63,281 nucleotides of DNA from Girardia tigrina. Taxonomy: Eukaryota. The notes below the pieces were generated by a model. The model was given only the letters and a program-made list of their open reading frames with translations. It ran no database searches and had not been told where the DNA came from. A program made the position numbers and the translations under genes. This document shows positions 52,196-63,281 of this stretch, in pieces; position 1 is the first letter of the stretch, and every line of letters begins with the position of its first letter. The DNA lies in NCBI GenBank assembly GCA_001938485.1, contig MQRK01168095.1, forward strand, positions 1-63,281. Direction: 5' to 3'.

Positions 52196-53333
52196 TCGAT
52201 ACTGTCGTTCTCATTTAATACCGTGATATTGTCATTAATTAGCAAGTTATATAATACTGTCTTTCCCGTTTAATAAAAGAATAATGTCATTGATTAAAAA
52301 AAATCTTCTAATCAATGACTTAATTATTGATTATTTTTAATGAAATTTTATGGAAGGTATTTCGATAATGATATCAGTAGATTTTCGAGAAAATAAACTG
52401 TTTTTAAAGTAATCGACGATCGTGAAATAACCGAAAGAATGATGAAGAATAGCAAACAGAAACAATACATCAGTGTCATTCAAATAATATAAAACTACAT
52501 ATTAAAAATGATACGACGTTGGAGTCTAAAAACGTAATTTAATCCTATGCAACATATCGAAAACCCATGTCTTTCAAGACTGGTTGAATTTAACAATCAA
52601 TCTTCTCTACGAATAACCGTGTCTCGATATTGGACGATATTTTAAGATCATTTCAAAAAAGGACTAATCATTATTACGTTATTTCGTTTGAAATGAAAAC
52701 GATTCTTTAGTGTCAAAACTCGATTACATTTGAAAAAAATCGTCTTTCTTCGTTATTTCGAATAATTTTTGTGGAGCTTTTTTGTAAAACTTATTCTTGT
52801 AATAAATAAATTGATTTTTTATAGTTTTTTATGAGATTTTTGATTTTTTTTGTAAATTTAAGTATTTTCAATAAATCTGTAATGTCTTGATATTTTTGAC
52901 GTTTTTTTTGAAAAATTAAATGAAAAAATTAAACTTAATTATTCTTTTATTGAATGAAATTTCTTTTAAACATTGGAACACGAAGTTTTATATGATTCGT
53001 TAATTTTTTTAGTGTGTAATGTTATGTCTTCATGTACTAAAAATTTTTGCTAATTAATGGAGCGCTTGCTAATGAATGCAAATAAATTATGTGTGCNNNN
53101 NNNNNNNNNNNNNNNNNNNNNNNNNNNNNNNNNNNNNNNNNNNNNNNNNNNNNNNNNNNNNNNNNTGTGTCCTTATATAAAATTTGCAAATGAAAGCAAC
53201 GATGGCTATTCAATGCAAATCTTTGTGATTTTATCCAATTGGAATTAGGTCAGTCTATTTTTAGGTAAGCTTTATTATATAACTTGCTAATTAATGACAA
53301 TATCACGGTATTAAATGAGAACGACAGTATCGA
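52196..53333. repeat. 1.1-kb segment bounded by perfect 61-bp inverted repeats
   Basis: 52196-52256 is the exact reverse complement of 53273-53333. ATTA flanks both ends. Confidence 0.85.
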
Positions 53334-55519
53334 ATTAAATCTGTAATTATATAAATTGAAAATATGGCAAAAGAATGAAGCAACAGCGTTCTCGATTTCT
53401 CGCTCTGCATAATGCATAAATGCAAACTGGGACGCTCTCTCAAATGCAATTTAGATTCCGAGATTTCCGATGATTACGACAAAAACATTCATCAAAAACA
53501 TTGACTACATAAAGAAGTCAGGCAGTATCAACTCGGATTTAGGTGCATCGAAACCGCACCTCATTAATCCCTACAGAATCGTGTCGGAATTTCCTCGCGG
53601 AATCCACTTTGACTCGTTAGAGAGACTTTGGAGTTTGGTGTTTGGGGTGCCAGATATTGGCGAGTCGCATTTGGATTTTAAAATACCTATTTGGTAAAGG
53701 AAAAGATCACGTTTTGAAGTTTTGTTCAAAGAAACACATCTATGTTAATATTAAATAAAATTTGAGGAATATTTGCTTTTTATTGTATGATTTTGTTTAT
53801 TTTATATATAAAGATCTTATGTATAAATTTAATAATCTTAGAAAAACAATAAGGAGTATTCCTTGACCATCAGAATTGGATTATAGAAAATATGTGTGAT
53901 TTACTGTCTACTGATCCTATGGACCTTGAAACACTTGAAGTTAAATCAAAAAGTAGGGGATAAGTATAGAATTCTAAAGAATATTTTTATGCTTATGAAA
54001 CCGATGTAATGAAGCATTTTCAGATAAATTTCCATTTCGTCTTATCATTCGTGCACATCACGTTCTAGTGACAGATTGGCAATAGCTTAGGGATAATATT
54101 TCCCACATCCATTTTTGATGCAGTAATCTTTAAGCTACTCGTATCTGGCTATTTTGCGTTATTTTTTTAAAATTTACTTTTTCTAGTTATTTTTTAAAAT
54201 ATGAGAGCTGTCATAAGCAAATGCTTATGAATATATTTTAATGCTCCGAAATTATGTTTGTATGCTGGTGTGTATGATGTTTTGACAATGCATTGTAGGT
54301 ATGTATTGCCAATGTATGCCTTTTTTGTTTGTGCAATTTATTTTTATATTTTTTGACATTTACAAATGATGTATGATCTATATAAATGCATACAAGGTCG
54401 ATTCTAATTGGTAACTTTATTTTTTTTAATTTTAAATATATTTTAATATATATGAATATATCCAAATGCCGACACGGCATATTTAATCGAGAACAGGTGT
54501 ACTATATTTCCTTAGTTTTTGATCTCGTGATTGTAAAATCAGCAGTTAAAAAACATTATTATAAAATAGTGTTATTGCGTTATAATCACGGAAATCTCCT
54601 GTGAAAATGACGAAGAATTTCAGAGACTTGATATTTTAGTTGACCTAATAACCTTTTGAAATTTTTTATTCGTATGAATTTTTCGTACAAAAATCAATTT
54701 TTAAATTGTAAAATTCTTCGATCTAATATTTTTATTTAAATCTTGTTGGTCTCCAAATCCATATATTTACGTACAGAATGTGGAGAACATGCGGATAAGT
54801 ACTAAACAAAATGTTAGGCATCGATTCGGAATATCACATGACATTTTCTCGACGTATTTACATGATTTTGTTAGGCAGAACTCCATAAAGATCAAAGGGT
54901 TTGATTTTTAATTATTTTACGAAAGATGCTTATGACATTTAACTATTAATATTTGTATCTTGTATTACAAATTGAAACTGAGTTATTTGAATTTTACATG
55001 AATTCAAATGAATGTACGTAGATGTAAACTCGTCAATTGTAATAATATAGTAACTTAATATTAGTGTTACGTGATCAATGCATTTTAAATAAATACAAAT
55101 ATTACTTTTAGTAATATACTAAAGTAAATTTTTAATACATTCGAAATACACATTTAGTATTTTATTAATTTTTGTAGTGTTAATTTCTCTCACCAGTTTC
55201 TTCTCTGATCTATCCACTATTTGGATTTTTTTTGAGCCTATATTTGTTTTTATTTATTTTGTATATTTTTTTGGTGATGTTGTATTTAGTTTTGTGTGTG
55301 TATAGTGGTTTTCGTTCATGGTGTGTGATTCGCTTGTCGTTGTGTTTTTTTTGTTTTCGAACTCACCATCTCCTGAGAAAGAAATTATGAGATTCGAACG
55401 AATAAAAACGGGTCTAGATTATAAGCTTATTGAGAGAAACGGTCGACGCTCTAATAGCAAGTATAATAGTTCTTACTAACAGAATCAATTTTATACTTCA
55501 CAAAGACACTGATAAAAAA

Positions 55520-55780
55520 CCAATTTTTTATGTACCGTATAACTGAGAGGGTAATTCGTATAAACGTTATTGAAGCTACATCACTGAAAGCTATGGATAT
55601 TCGTATATTTGAATCAAATACATCAGATCCTTATATTATTGTTAGAGTTGGCGTTGAAAAATTTAAAAAAAAACAAAAGTTATTCACAGTAGTATAAATC
55701 CTAAACGGATTGAAACATTTGAAATTATTGTTGATTCCAATTCGTGTCAAAAAAGGTCGAGTTAAAAATTTATGTCAAAT
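55520..55780 (+). pseudogene. Extended synaptotagmin-like C2A domain fragment, frameshifted
   Basis: VIRINVIEATSLKAMDI...SDPYIIVRVG.EKFK / TKVIHSSINPKRIETFEIIV, with a frameshift in an A9 run and the conserved W replaced by R. Confidence 0.6.
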
Positions 55781-56199
55781 CCAAGAATAATTAACTAAAT
55801 AAAAAATCAATGAAAATAATTAATGATTACATTTTTTAAATTATATATATCTAATTACCGTTTATGGCTTTTGTACAGACTTTTCAACAATGAATAAATT
55901 TTTGTTAGTTACCCCGGTTATTTTTATTTTGTTTTATTTACATCTATTTGTTATTTTTTTATAGTTAAACGTTAATAACTTGTTAATTCCTTTTTTATTT
56001 ATCAGTAAAAGTAAATATTCGACAATACTCGAATATTTATTTTTACAATTTTTATAGATAAATAAAAGAACCATTTATTGTTGTAAGTACTGATTGTCTC
56101 GAGCCGATTTGGGTTATTGACTGGGCACGACTTGTAGAAAAAAATGAAGCCAATACGAGTTCCATTTACAGCTCGACTCGGCTGGGCTTGAGTCAATTC

Positions 56200-56454
56200 G
56201 TGTGTACAAATTTATGTATGAACACATTTTTATTTATTTATGTACAAATTGGTTTCAATCTTATGCTTTTTAGTTTATAGTTTCAGGATACAGCATCTTG
56301 TATCTGATCGATGTAAAATGTGACAATTGTGTCAGTGCACAAGCAAATTATTTTGAGAAATGACGCATATTTACCATGCTTTTTCTAAATACATTGTTGT
56401 GTTGATATTTTAAGTCTTTCTATATTAGTCTCACGACTTATTGGACACACCACG
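56200..56454 (-). mobile_element. Mariner-like terminus fragment
   Basis: TA-CGTGGTGTGTCCAATAAGTCGTGAGAC terminus. No partner TIR seen. Confidence 0.45.
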
Positions 56455-57413
56455 TATTTTATTTTTTGAAATTTCGCGAATGATAAATTTTACTAAAAAT
56501 GTCATTAATAATTGTAATTCACCGCAAATTTGAAAATAAAAATAAAAAAAATTTATTTTAATACATTTTCATTTCCAAAGTAAAAACAGAGCAAACAGTA
56601 AATATAAAAGAATTATTTTTGTAAAGTTACTTTTGACTAAATTGTTTGCTCTAAACGCTAAACACACTTAATCTATTAGAGTTTTTGTTATCAAGATCTT
56701 CCGGGTAACCTTCAAATGCGTATTCTAAAGGTTGATCAAGATTTAGATCATCATTGTTTAAATCATAAAATTCTTTTCTATTGTCTAGATCTTGTTTAAT
56801 ATCATTTGGAATAACTGTAACTATAAAGAATTAAATCAAAAATATTAAAAAGCATTAATAAATTTAAATTTGAAAATCTAATATTAAAAGTGTTGAGTTA
56901 CTGTTCCGTCGACGACCACCTTTTCATTAAAACGTTTTCTTTTACTAAACACTTTTAGAGATATGTTTAAAAATTGCATTTAAATAAATTAATACATTTA
57001 AAACTACACTATTTCAATTTCATTTCGTTAAAAAATAAAATAGTCATTTCATTACGAAATTGTACCAACGGAAAAGATCATATATGAATCTTTTCGACAT
57101 AATGCTTCGATTTCTTATTCATCGTCAAATAAAATCGACAGTCGAGACAATTCCAAGTCAATAATATTATTCGACAGTCAATTCCTGATCAATCTCGATC
57201 ATCGTTCCTACAGGAGGCAACACGAATCATTCGCAAATCAATAATAATTTTAAAAAATATTTGAAAGTCTTCTTTGATACATTATTGATTAAATGACATA
57301 ATTCTTTAATTAATGTCCAAACAATAATAATAATTATAATTTATATTATTATTTTTGAAAAGCTTATGGCGCATGTTCCGGATTGATTGATATATACATA
57401 TATAATCTTTAAT

Positions 57414-57428
<15 letters not shown>

Positions 57429-57472
<44 letters not shown>

Positions 57473-57481
57473 TATATATAT
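57429..57481. repeat. (TA)n microsatellite at a gap edge
   Basis: Seen directly. Similar tracts at ~11530, ~19192, ~20397-20500 and ~29207. Confidence 0.95.
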
Positions 57482-58398
57482 NNNNNNNNNNNNNNNNNNN
57501 NNNNNNNNNNNNNNNNNNNNNNNNNNNNNNNNNNNNNNNNNNNNNNNNNNNNNNNNNNNNNNNNNNNNNNNNNNNNNNNNNNNNNNNNNNNNNNNNNNNN
57601 NNNNNNNNNNNNNNNNNNNNNNNNNNNNNNNNNNNNNNNNNNNNNNNNNNNNNNNNNNNNNNNNNNNNNNNNNNNNNNNNNNNNNNNNNNNNNNNNNNNN
57701 NNNNNNNNNNNNNNNNNNNNNNNNNNNNNNNNNNNNNNNNNNNNNNNNNNNNNNNNNNNNNNNNNNNNNNNNNNNNNNNNNNNNNNNNNNNNNNNNNNNN
57801 NNNNNNNNNNNNNNNNNNNNNNNNNNNNNNNNNNNNNNNNNNNNNNNNNNNNNNNNNNNNNNNNNNNNNNNNNNNNNNNNNNNNNNNNNNNNNNNNNNNN
57901 NNNNNNNNNNNNNNNNNNNNNNNNNNNNNNNNNNNNNNNNNNNNNNNNNNNNNNNNNNNNNNNNNNNNNNNNNNNNNNNNNNNNNNNNNNNNNNNNNNNN
58001 NNNNNNNNNNNNNNNNNNNNNNNNNNNNNNNNNNNNNNNNNNNNNNNNNNNNNNNNNNNNNNNNNNNNNNNNNNNNNNNNNNNNNNNNNNNNNNNNNNNN
58101 NNNNNNNNNNNNNNNNNNNNNNNNNNNNNNNNNNNNNNNNNNNNNNNNNNNNNNNNNNNNNNNNNNNNNNNNNNNNNNNNNNNNNNNNNNNNNNNNNNNN
58201 NNNNNNNNNNNNNNNNNNNNNNNNNNNNNNNNNNNNNNNNNNNNNNNNNNNNNNNNNNNNNNNNNNNNNNNNNNNNNNNNNNNNNNNNNNNNNNNNNNNN
58301 NNNNNNNNNNNNNNNNNNNNNNNNNNNNNNNNNNNNNNNNNNNNNNNNNNNNNNNNNNNNNNNNNNNNNNNNNAGTGTACTTGCGTAGTGTAATTTGT

Positions 58399-58439
58399 GA
58401 CCTGATGATGGGATTTTTATTATCTCGAAACGCGTCGTC
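58399..58439 (+). ncRNA. Minimal type I hammerhead ribozyme (second sequence family)
   Basis: GAC-CUGAUGA-U-GGGAU(UUUUAUU)AUCUC-GAAA-CGC-GUC-GUC: intact core, palindromic ACGCGU helix III, GUC triplet, helix I GAC/GUC. Confidence 0.85.
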
Positions 58440-59466
58440 TTGTTTTTATCCCTATTATATAGATTTTACTTTGCAATGTATATATATATGTTTATAAATG
58501 TAAATTGATTTAGTACAAAAAAGTTGCTTGAGTTGATTTCTGGAAAATATTGTTATTGTTGTTTTAATAATCAAAAATTAACGAAATCGAATTTGAATTT
58601 GGAGAAATCAGTGTATTGCTTTTGTGAAAATTCAAAATAAAAATTGTGTTAAGGATTTTTTATCAAAACGATATTCGTCTTTCAATTGATTAAATTAATT
58701 TCTAATTCTCCGATTTCTAATTATTAGTAAATCTGTCGTCAAAGACATTTACGAATTTATTCAGAATCAAAATAAGCAAATTTCCGTGAAATTCAGTTTC
58801 CCTTATGGGACAAAACATCTCTCGAATGCCTCTTTGATTTATGGGGAGCGCAAATCGGATGAGACGAAATTCGCTTTAAAATCAGAGAATCGCATTGTTG
58901 AGGCGAGAATCGTTTTGTACATGACAGAAGACCAAAATGTCTTTCGGATCGATACACTCAACAACAGCGCATTCTTCAAACATGTTCGTATTGATAAAAT
59001 ATAACTATATTCTAAAACTTAGCACTTTTTTAATTTTAGAATCGCCTCACTTGAGTTTAGGTTTTTTGTATGTCCGTAAAATAGTAAAAAATTTGTAGAA
59101 AGTTAAATTTTATTACGAAAACAATCAAATAAATATCAAAACCAGGAAAGTTTCATGGAACAAGAAGTCGATAACTATTCATTCATCATTGTTACTGTTG
59201 GCTTGTTCAAGGTACTGTGAAACTATATGCAACCGGGAATGGGAGTTCCTGGGAAATTAATGTTTAGGATTTTCATTTCCCATTCCTAATCCCGGAAAAC
59301 GTATTTTTAAAATTTCATAAAATTTCACAATATAGTTTAACTATTTTTTTAGCTTAATAATGTATTATTTTTATTATTTTTTACTAACTATTCAAAAATA
59401 AATCACAAATTTTAAAAACAGAATTCCAGTTCTCGGGAATTCAATTTTAAAATTTCCATTCCATTA

Positions 59467-59777
59467 TGTTGGTACATTATCAATGATCCTGGTGTGAAGT
59501 GTCACTTCTCGTCTTCTGAAACAATCCCGGGAAACGATAATCACGACGATATGATATAAATGGGCTTAATGGCCATGTTAGTTTCAACAGTGTCGTTTAT
59601 TGCAAGTCTAAACCACACGGTGAGATAGTCATTTTGAGCATCCCTTGACTCGGACGACGGCCCCCGACGCCATTGTGCCTCGACCGTGCTGCGTCCACGT
59701 CTTTGTAATCAACAAATATTGTAAAATTATTGTATAAAAAAATAAAAACCAAATTTTTTAAGTATTGTTAATTTACA
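59467..59777 (+). mobile_element. Possible solo LTR
   Basis: TGTTGG start, TATAAAT, GC-rich middle, AATAAA and TACA end. No clean TSD. Confidence 0.35.
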
Positions 59778-60011
59778 TTAATTTACTTCCAATTTTACAA
59801 TTTATAAATCAAAATACCATTTGATTTGATTGGTTTCGGCAAACTACCATTCTTCAATATTGCGAAATTAATTGGTGGTCCTTTGTAATCTTCTTCTCCT
59901 GATCAAGAAATTTTATAATAAAAAATCGTAATTATATTTTATTATTGAATAATAAAACGAAAATTTAGAAACGTATATTAATAAATCTTTCATTTGCTAC
60001 TATAAAAATAC

Positions 60012-60446
60012 TGTGAGGAATATATGAATGTTTGATGTTTTGTGTTTGAATGTGTATGTTGATTTGGAATTGTGTCTCTCCTACCCAGATGGATGATTAA
60101 TATTTGAATTCTTATTATCTAAAAATATGTAATGTTTAAATTTAAATTTCATATAATTTTAAAATTTTAAATAAGTTAATTATTTTTTATAATATTTAAT
60201 AAATAAATCAAATTAATATTTTTTAAATAATTAATTATAATTTTAATTATTATCCAATTAGTTTTGAGTCAATATTTTATTTAAATATTTATTTCCCCAT
60301 TTTCTAAAAAAAGTAATGAGAATTAAACCATTAATCAATTTCGCTTTGAATGCAAATGTACGAAAGTTTTGACAAAGATTGTCTTGAGGACAATCAAAAT
60401 TGTTGTTTAAATAAAAATATAAAAAATCAAATTGGTGTTCTTAATT
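60012..60446 (+). mobile_element. Solo LTR of the TGTGAGG family
   Basis: Homologous to 5703-6143. Exact 5-bp TSD AATAC. Confidence 0.8.
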
Positions 60447-61015
60447 AATACAAACAGTTATTTGTCAATATCCCAATTTGTTATTGTAGTCACTTTGATC
60501 TATAATTAAAATGATCTAATAAAGTAAGCTAAATAACGCAAATACGGCGCTTTTTAAAAATGTATATTTATATCACATTCTATTTATTTAAACAAATATA
60601 TTTAATTTTAATTATTGAATTTTAATGCAATATAAAAATTAATCTATATTTGTTCGATATAAAATTTAGGCATTAGGATTATGTCTATACTTATAAATTA
60701 TGATAAGATATTTTTCAAATTTATCTTTATAAATTACATCAATATTTGAATTCATTATAAGCGCAATAATAATATTTTATTATACACAAATTTAAACTAA
60801 TTTTCAACTTCTTTATTTTAATTATTAATTTTATTGATTCCTACTACTTATGTAATATTTTATTTATCCTTATAAAAAATTTACATTTTAAAACGTTACA
60901 AACTGTTTTAAATATTGATATTAAATCATTTTGAAAAATTACAAATGTTGTGCTTCAGAAATTTCCGTTGCTAAAAACTATTAAAAAAACTATGAAAAAA
61001 TTAATGAATTTATAA

Positions 61016-63020
61016 TGTCATGTGAGGCATTAATAATTAAAGCAGTTAATATAGCAATTATTGTTCAATAAAGTGACTCATCAACTTTATTGAAAGTTTT
61101 TGCTGAAACAGTAACAGTAAGTTAAAATGATGATTACATAATCGACTATGTAGTTACTGTTTCACGCAAAAACTTTCAATAAAGTCGATGAGTCACTTTA
61201 TTGAACAATAATTGCTGGATTAACAGCTTTAATTATTAATGCCTTATACGACACTCTTTCCCAATATTTTTTAAAATTGCTGCATAATACTTAAATGTTT
61301 TATTTCAACCGACGATTTACAATGTTGTTTGCGTTCAGCAATATTACTACTACCACTTAGATGTCCATTCTCACAAACCCTTGACAGAGATGACGGACTG
61401 TCTCTGCAATGTATGTGGCGCTGCACCCATTACACTTAAATTTATACACAAGATCCGAGCATAAACTCAAATGAGTTTTTGATTTATTACTGAACATATT
61501 CTGAATTTTATATGTTTTTGATACAATTTTTAAATTTAAATTCATAGTATTAATTAATCTTAGAATAGAAGATTTGAATTTTTTAAAACCTTCAGAATAA
61601 GGAATAGTTAATGTGTAGCGGCAATTAAGTCTCTCATTCATTCCTATGTCGGGTTTCAAATCATCCTTTCCTTCAATTATTTTACTTGCACCATCTTTAA
61701 ATAATTTATCAATTGTTTCTCTAATTAATTTTCAAAGAAAAATTTCGAATATCAATTCTTATGTAAATGGTCACTCAACTTATTTAAACTTGAATTTACC
61801 TTGGGATATGTTGAAGACAAAGACCAAGAATGAAACACCAACCCTTTAATCATGTTACGATTATATTTGAGTTCACCAAAACTTTTGGGAGTTGTATACA
61901 ACCCCGTATCAGTTTTCTTTCTATATATATCTGTTCCATAATGACAACCCTTTCTTTCAATTAACAGATCAAGAAAAGATAACGAACAATTCTTTTCAGT
62001 CTCGACAGGGAAAGAAATATTGGAATGTAAGGAATTCTAATATTCCAAAAAAGGAGACATGTGATCTTTCTCAGAAAAAAATAGAAAAATGTCATCAACA
62101 TAACACTTAGAGATTAAAGGTTTAGCTCCAGTGAAAAGATTGATCTTACCTTCAGTTCTATACAGGAAAATCGAAGCAAGTGTTGTTGCTAATGGTGATC
62201 CCATGCCGCACCATCAATTTGTTTATACCAACAATCTCTGAAAATAAAATGAACATATGATGTTGCCAAAATCAATAATTCCCGAAAGGCTACTTTATCT
62301 AAATCTTTATGAAGATTTACATTATTTTTCCAGATTTCACAGCAATTGTTGATAGTCTCAGATAAAGCAACGTTCGTAAATAAACTCTCAATATCAAAAG
62401 AAACCATAAATTCATTTCTATTATTACTTGAAGGACAATTAGCAATGAATTCAGTAAATTCAAAGCTGTCACGACATTCAAATTCAAAAGAAAACAACTT
62501 TTTCAATTTATGATCCATAAACTTCGCAACATTACATTGAGACGTGTGGATCATAGATAAGACATGTCTCATTGGGATACCCTCCTTGTGAATTTTAGGT
62601 AATCCATAAAGTTTCGCCGGCTGAGAGCCTATTGGACGCAAGTCTTTTATTAAGTTTTGGTAGTAGTAATATTGCTGACCATAAAAAAAACATTGTAAAT
62701 CGTCGGTTGAAATAAATAATTTTAAAGTTTTATGCAGCAATTTTAAAAATTATTGGGAAAGAGTGTCGTGTGAGGCATTAATAATTAAAGCGGTTAATCT
62801 AGCAATTATTGTTCGATCAAGTGACTCATCAACTTTATTGAATGTTTTTACGTGAAACAGTAATTACATAACCGTTTGAATAATCGTCATTATAACATAT
62901 TTATATATGTTTCAAATCATTCTTAACAGCTACAATCAGAATCACCTTATGATGACGGATAATCCATCGAAATAAATTGCTCTAATAAAAAATGGTAATT
63001 TAAGATGGCGTCTTCTAATA
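61016..63020 (-). mobile_element. Penelope-like element (family B) with inverted segments at both ends
   Basis: Minus-strand RT (LYGLPKIHK, SFDIESLFTNV, YKQIDG) and GIY-YIG (LVYKFKCNGCSATYIAET). Plus-strand endonuclease end and pseudo-LTR at ~62658-63020 and again at 61016-61115. Confidence 0.9.
62941..62980 (+). ncRNA. Degenerate, likely inactive hammerhead motif in PLE family B pseudo-LTR
   Basis: CUUAUGA-U-GACGG(AUAAU)CCAUC-GAAA at the same relative position as in family A, with core G5->U and a stem II mismatch. Confidence 0.45.
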
Positions 63021-63028
63021 TATATATA

Positions 63029-63281
63029 CAGGGTGTCCCAAAAATATGTATACACATTAAAAATTTAATTTTATTGAATTTTATTTATGTTTAACTTTCA
63101 TTATATTTAATATAAATAGTTTTTTTTAACATAAATAGGTTTTTNNNNNNNNNNNNNNNNTATCATAGGAATGGCATGCAGGCTTAACTTCGAAGAAAGA
63201 AAATTTATTATGAAATACTACTGGAAATATGAAAATGTACATGAAGTACAAAAACAATTCAGGAAGGAATTTAAAAAAGAA
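63029..63281 (+). mobile_element. 5' end of a Tc1/mariner element (rosa/DD41D-like), running off the window
   Basis: TA-CAGGGTGTCCCA terminus. ORF from 63171 reads MACRLNFEERKFIMKYYWKYENVHEVQKQFRKEF. Confidence 0.75.

Larger units (their letters stand above)
53454..59004 (+). other. Scattered exon-like blocks of an unidentified gene (~53454-53693, ~54778-54898, ~57043-57240, ~58730-59004)
   Basis: CpG-richer open blocks with AG/GT-like borders. No domain recognised and no consistent phase model. Confidence 0.3.

Overview
Very AT-rich eukaryotic scaffold, probably invertebrate (short GT-AG introns, several N-gaps), made up mostly of nested and decayed transposable elements. DNA transposons include Tc1/mariner, pogo/Tigger, hAT, MULE, piggyBac, a near-complete Zator and Helitron pieces. 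Retroelements include an RTE LINE, Gypsy internal regions with many solo LTRs, and at least two Penelope-like element (PLE) families. One host gene is clearly recognisable: a spliced LDAH-like alpha/beta hydrolase (42546-44698, +). There are also an orphan extended-synaptotagmin C2 fragment and a few unassigned exon-like blocks. The most notable signals are four intact-looking minimal hammerhead ribozymes plus one inactivated copy, three of the intact ones at the ends of PLE copies with inverted pseudo-LTR architecture. Also notable are a dense cluster of RFX X-box and CCAAT motifs (50290-50495), a GC-rich pogo element that looks compositionally foreign, two diverged copies of an unrecognised three-C2H2-finger pseudogene, a 114-bp perfect palindrome and a 1.1-kb block bounded by 61-bp perfect inverted repeats. 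All calls were made by eye with no database searches, so boundaries of decayed elements are approximate.
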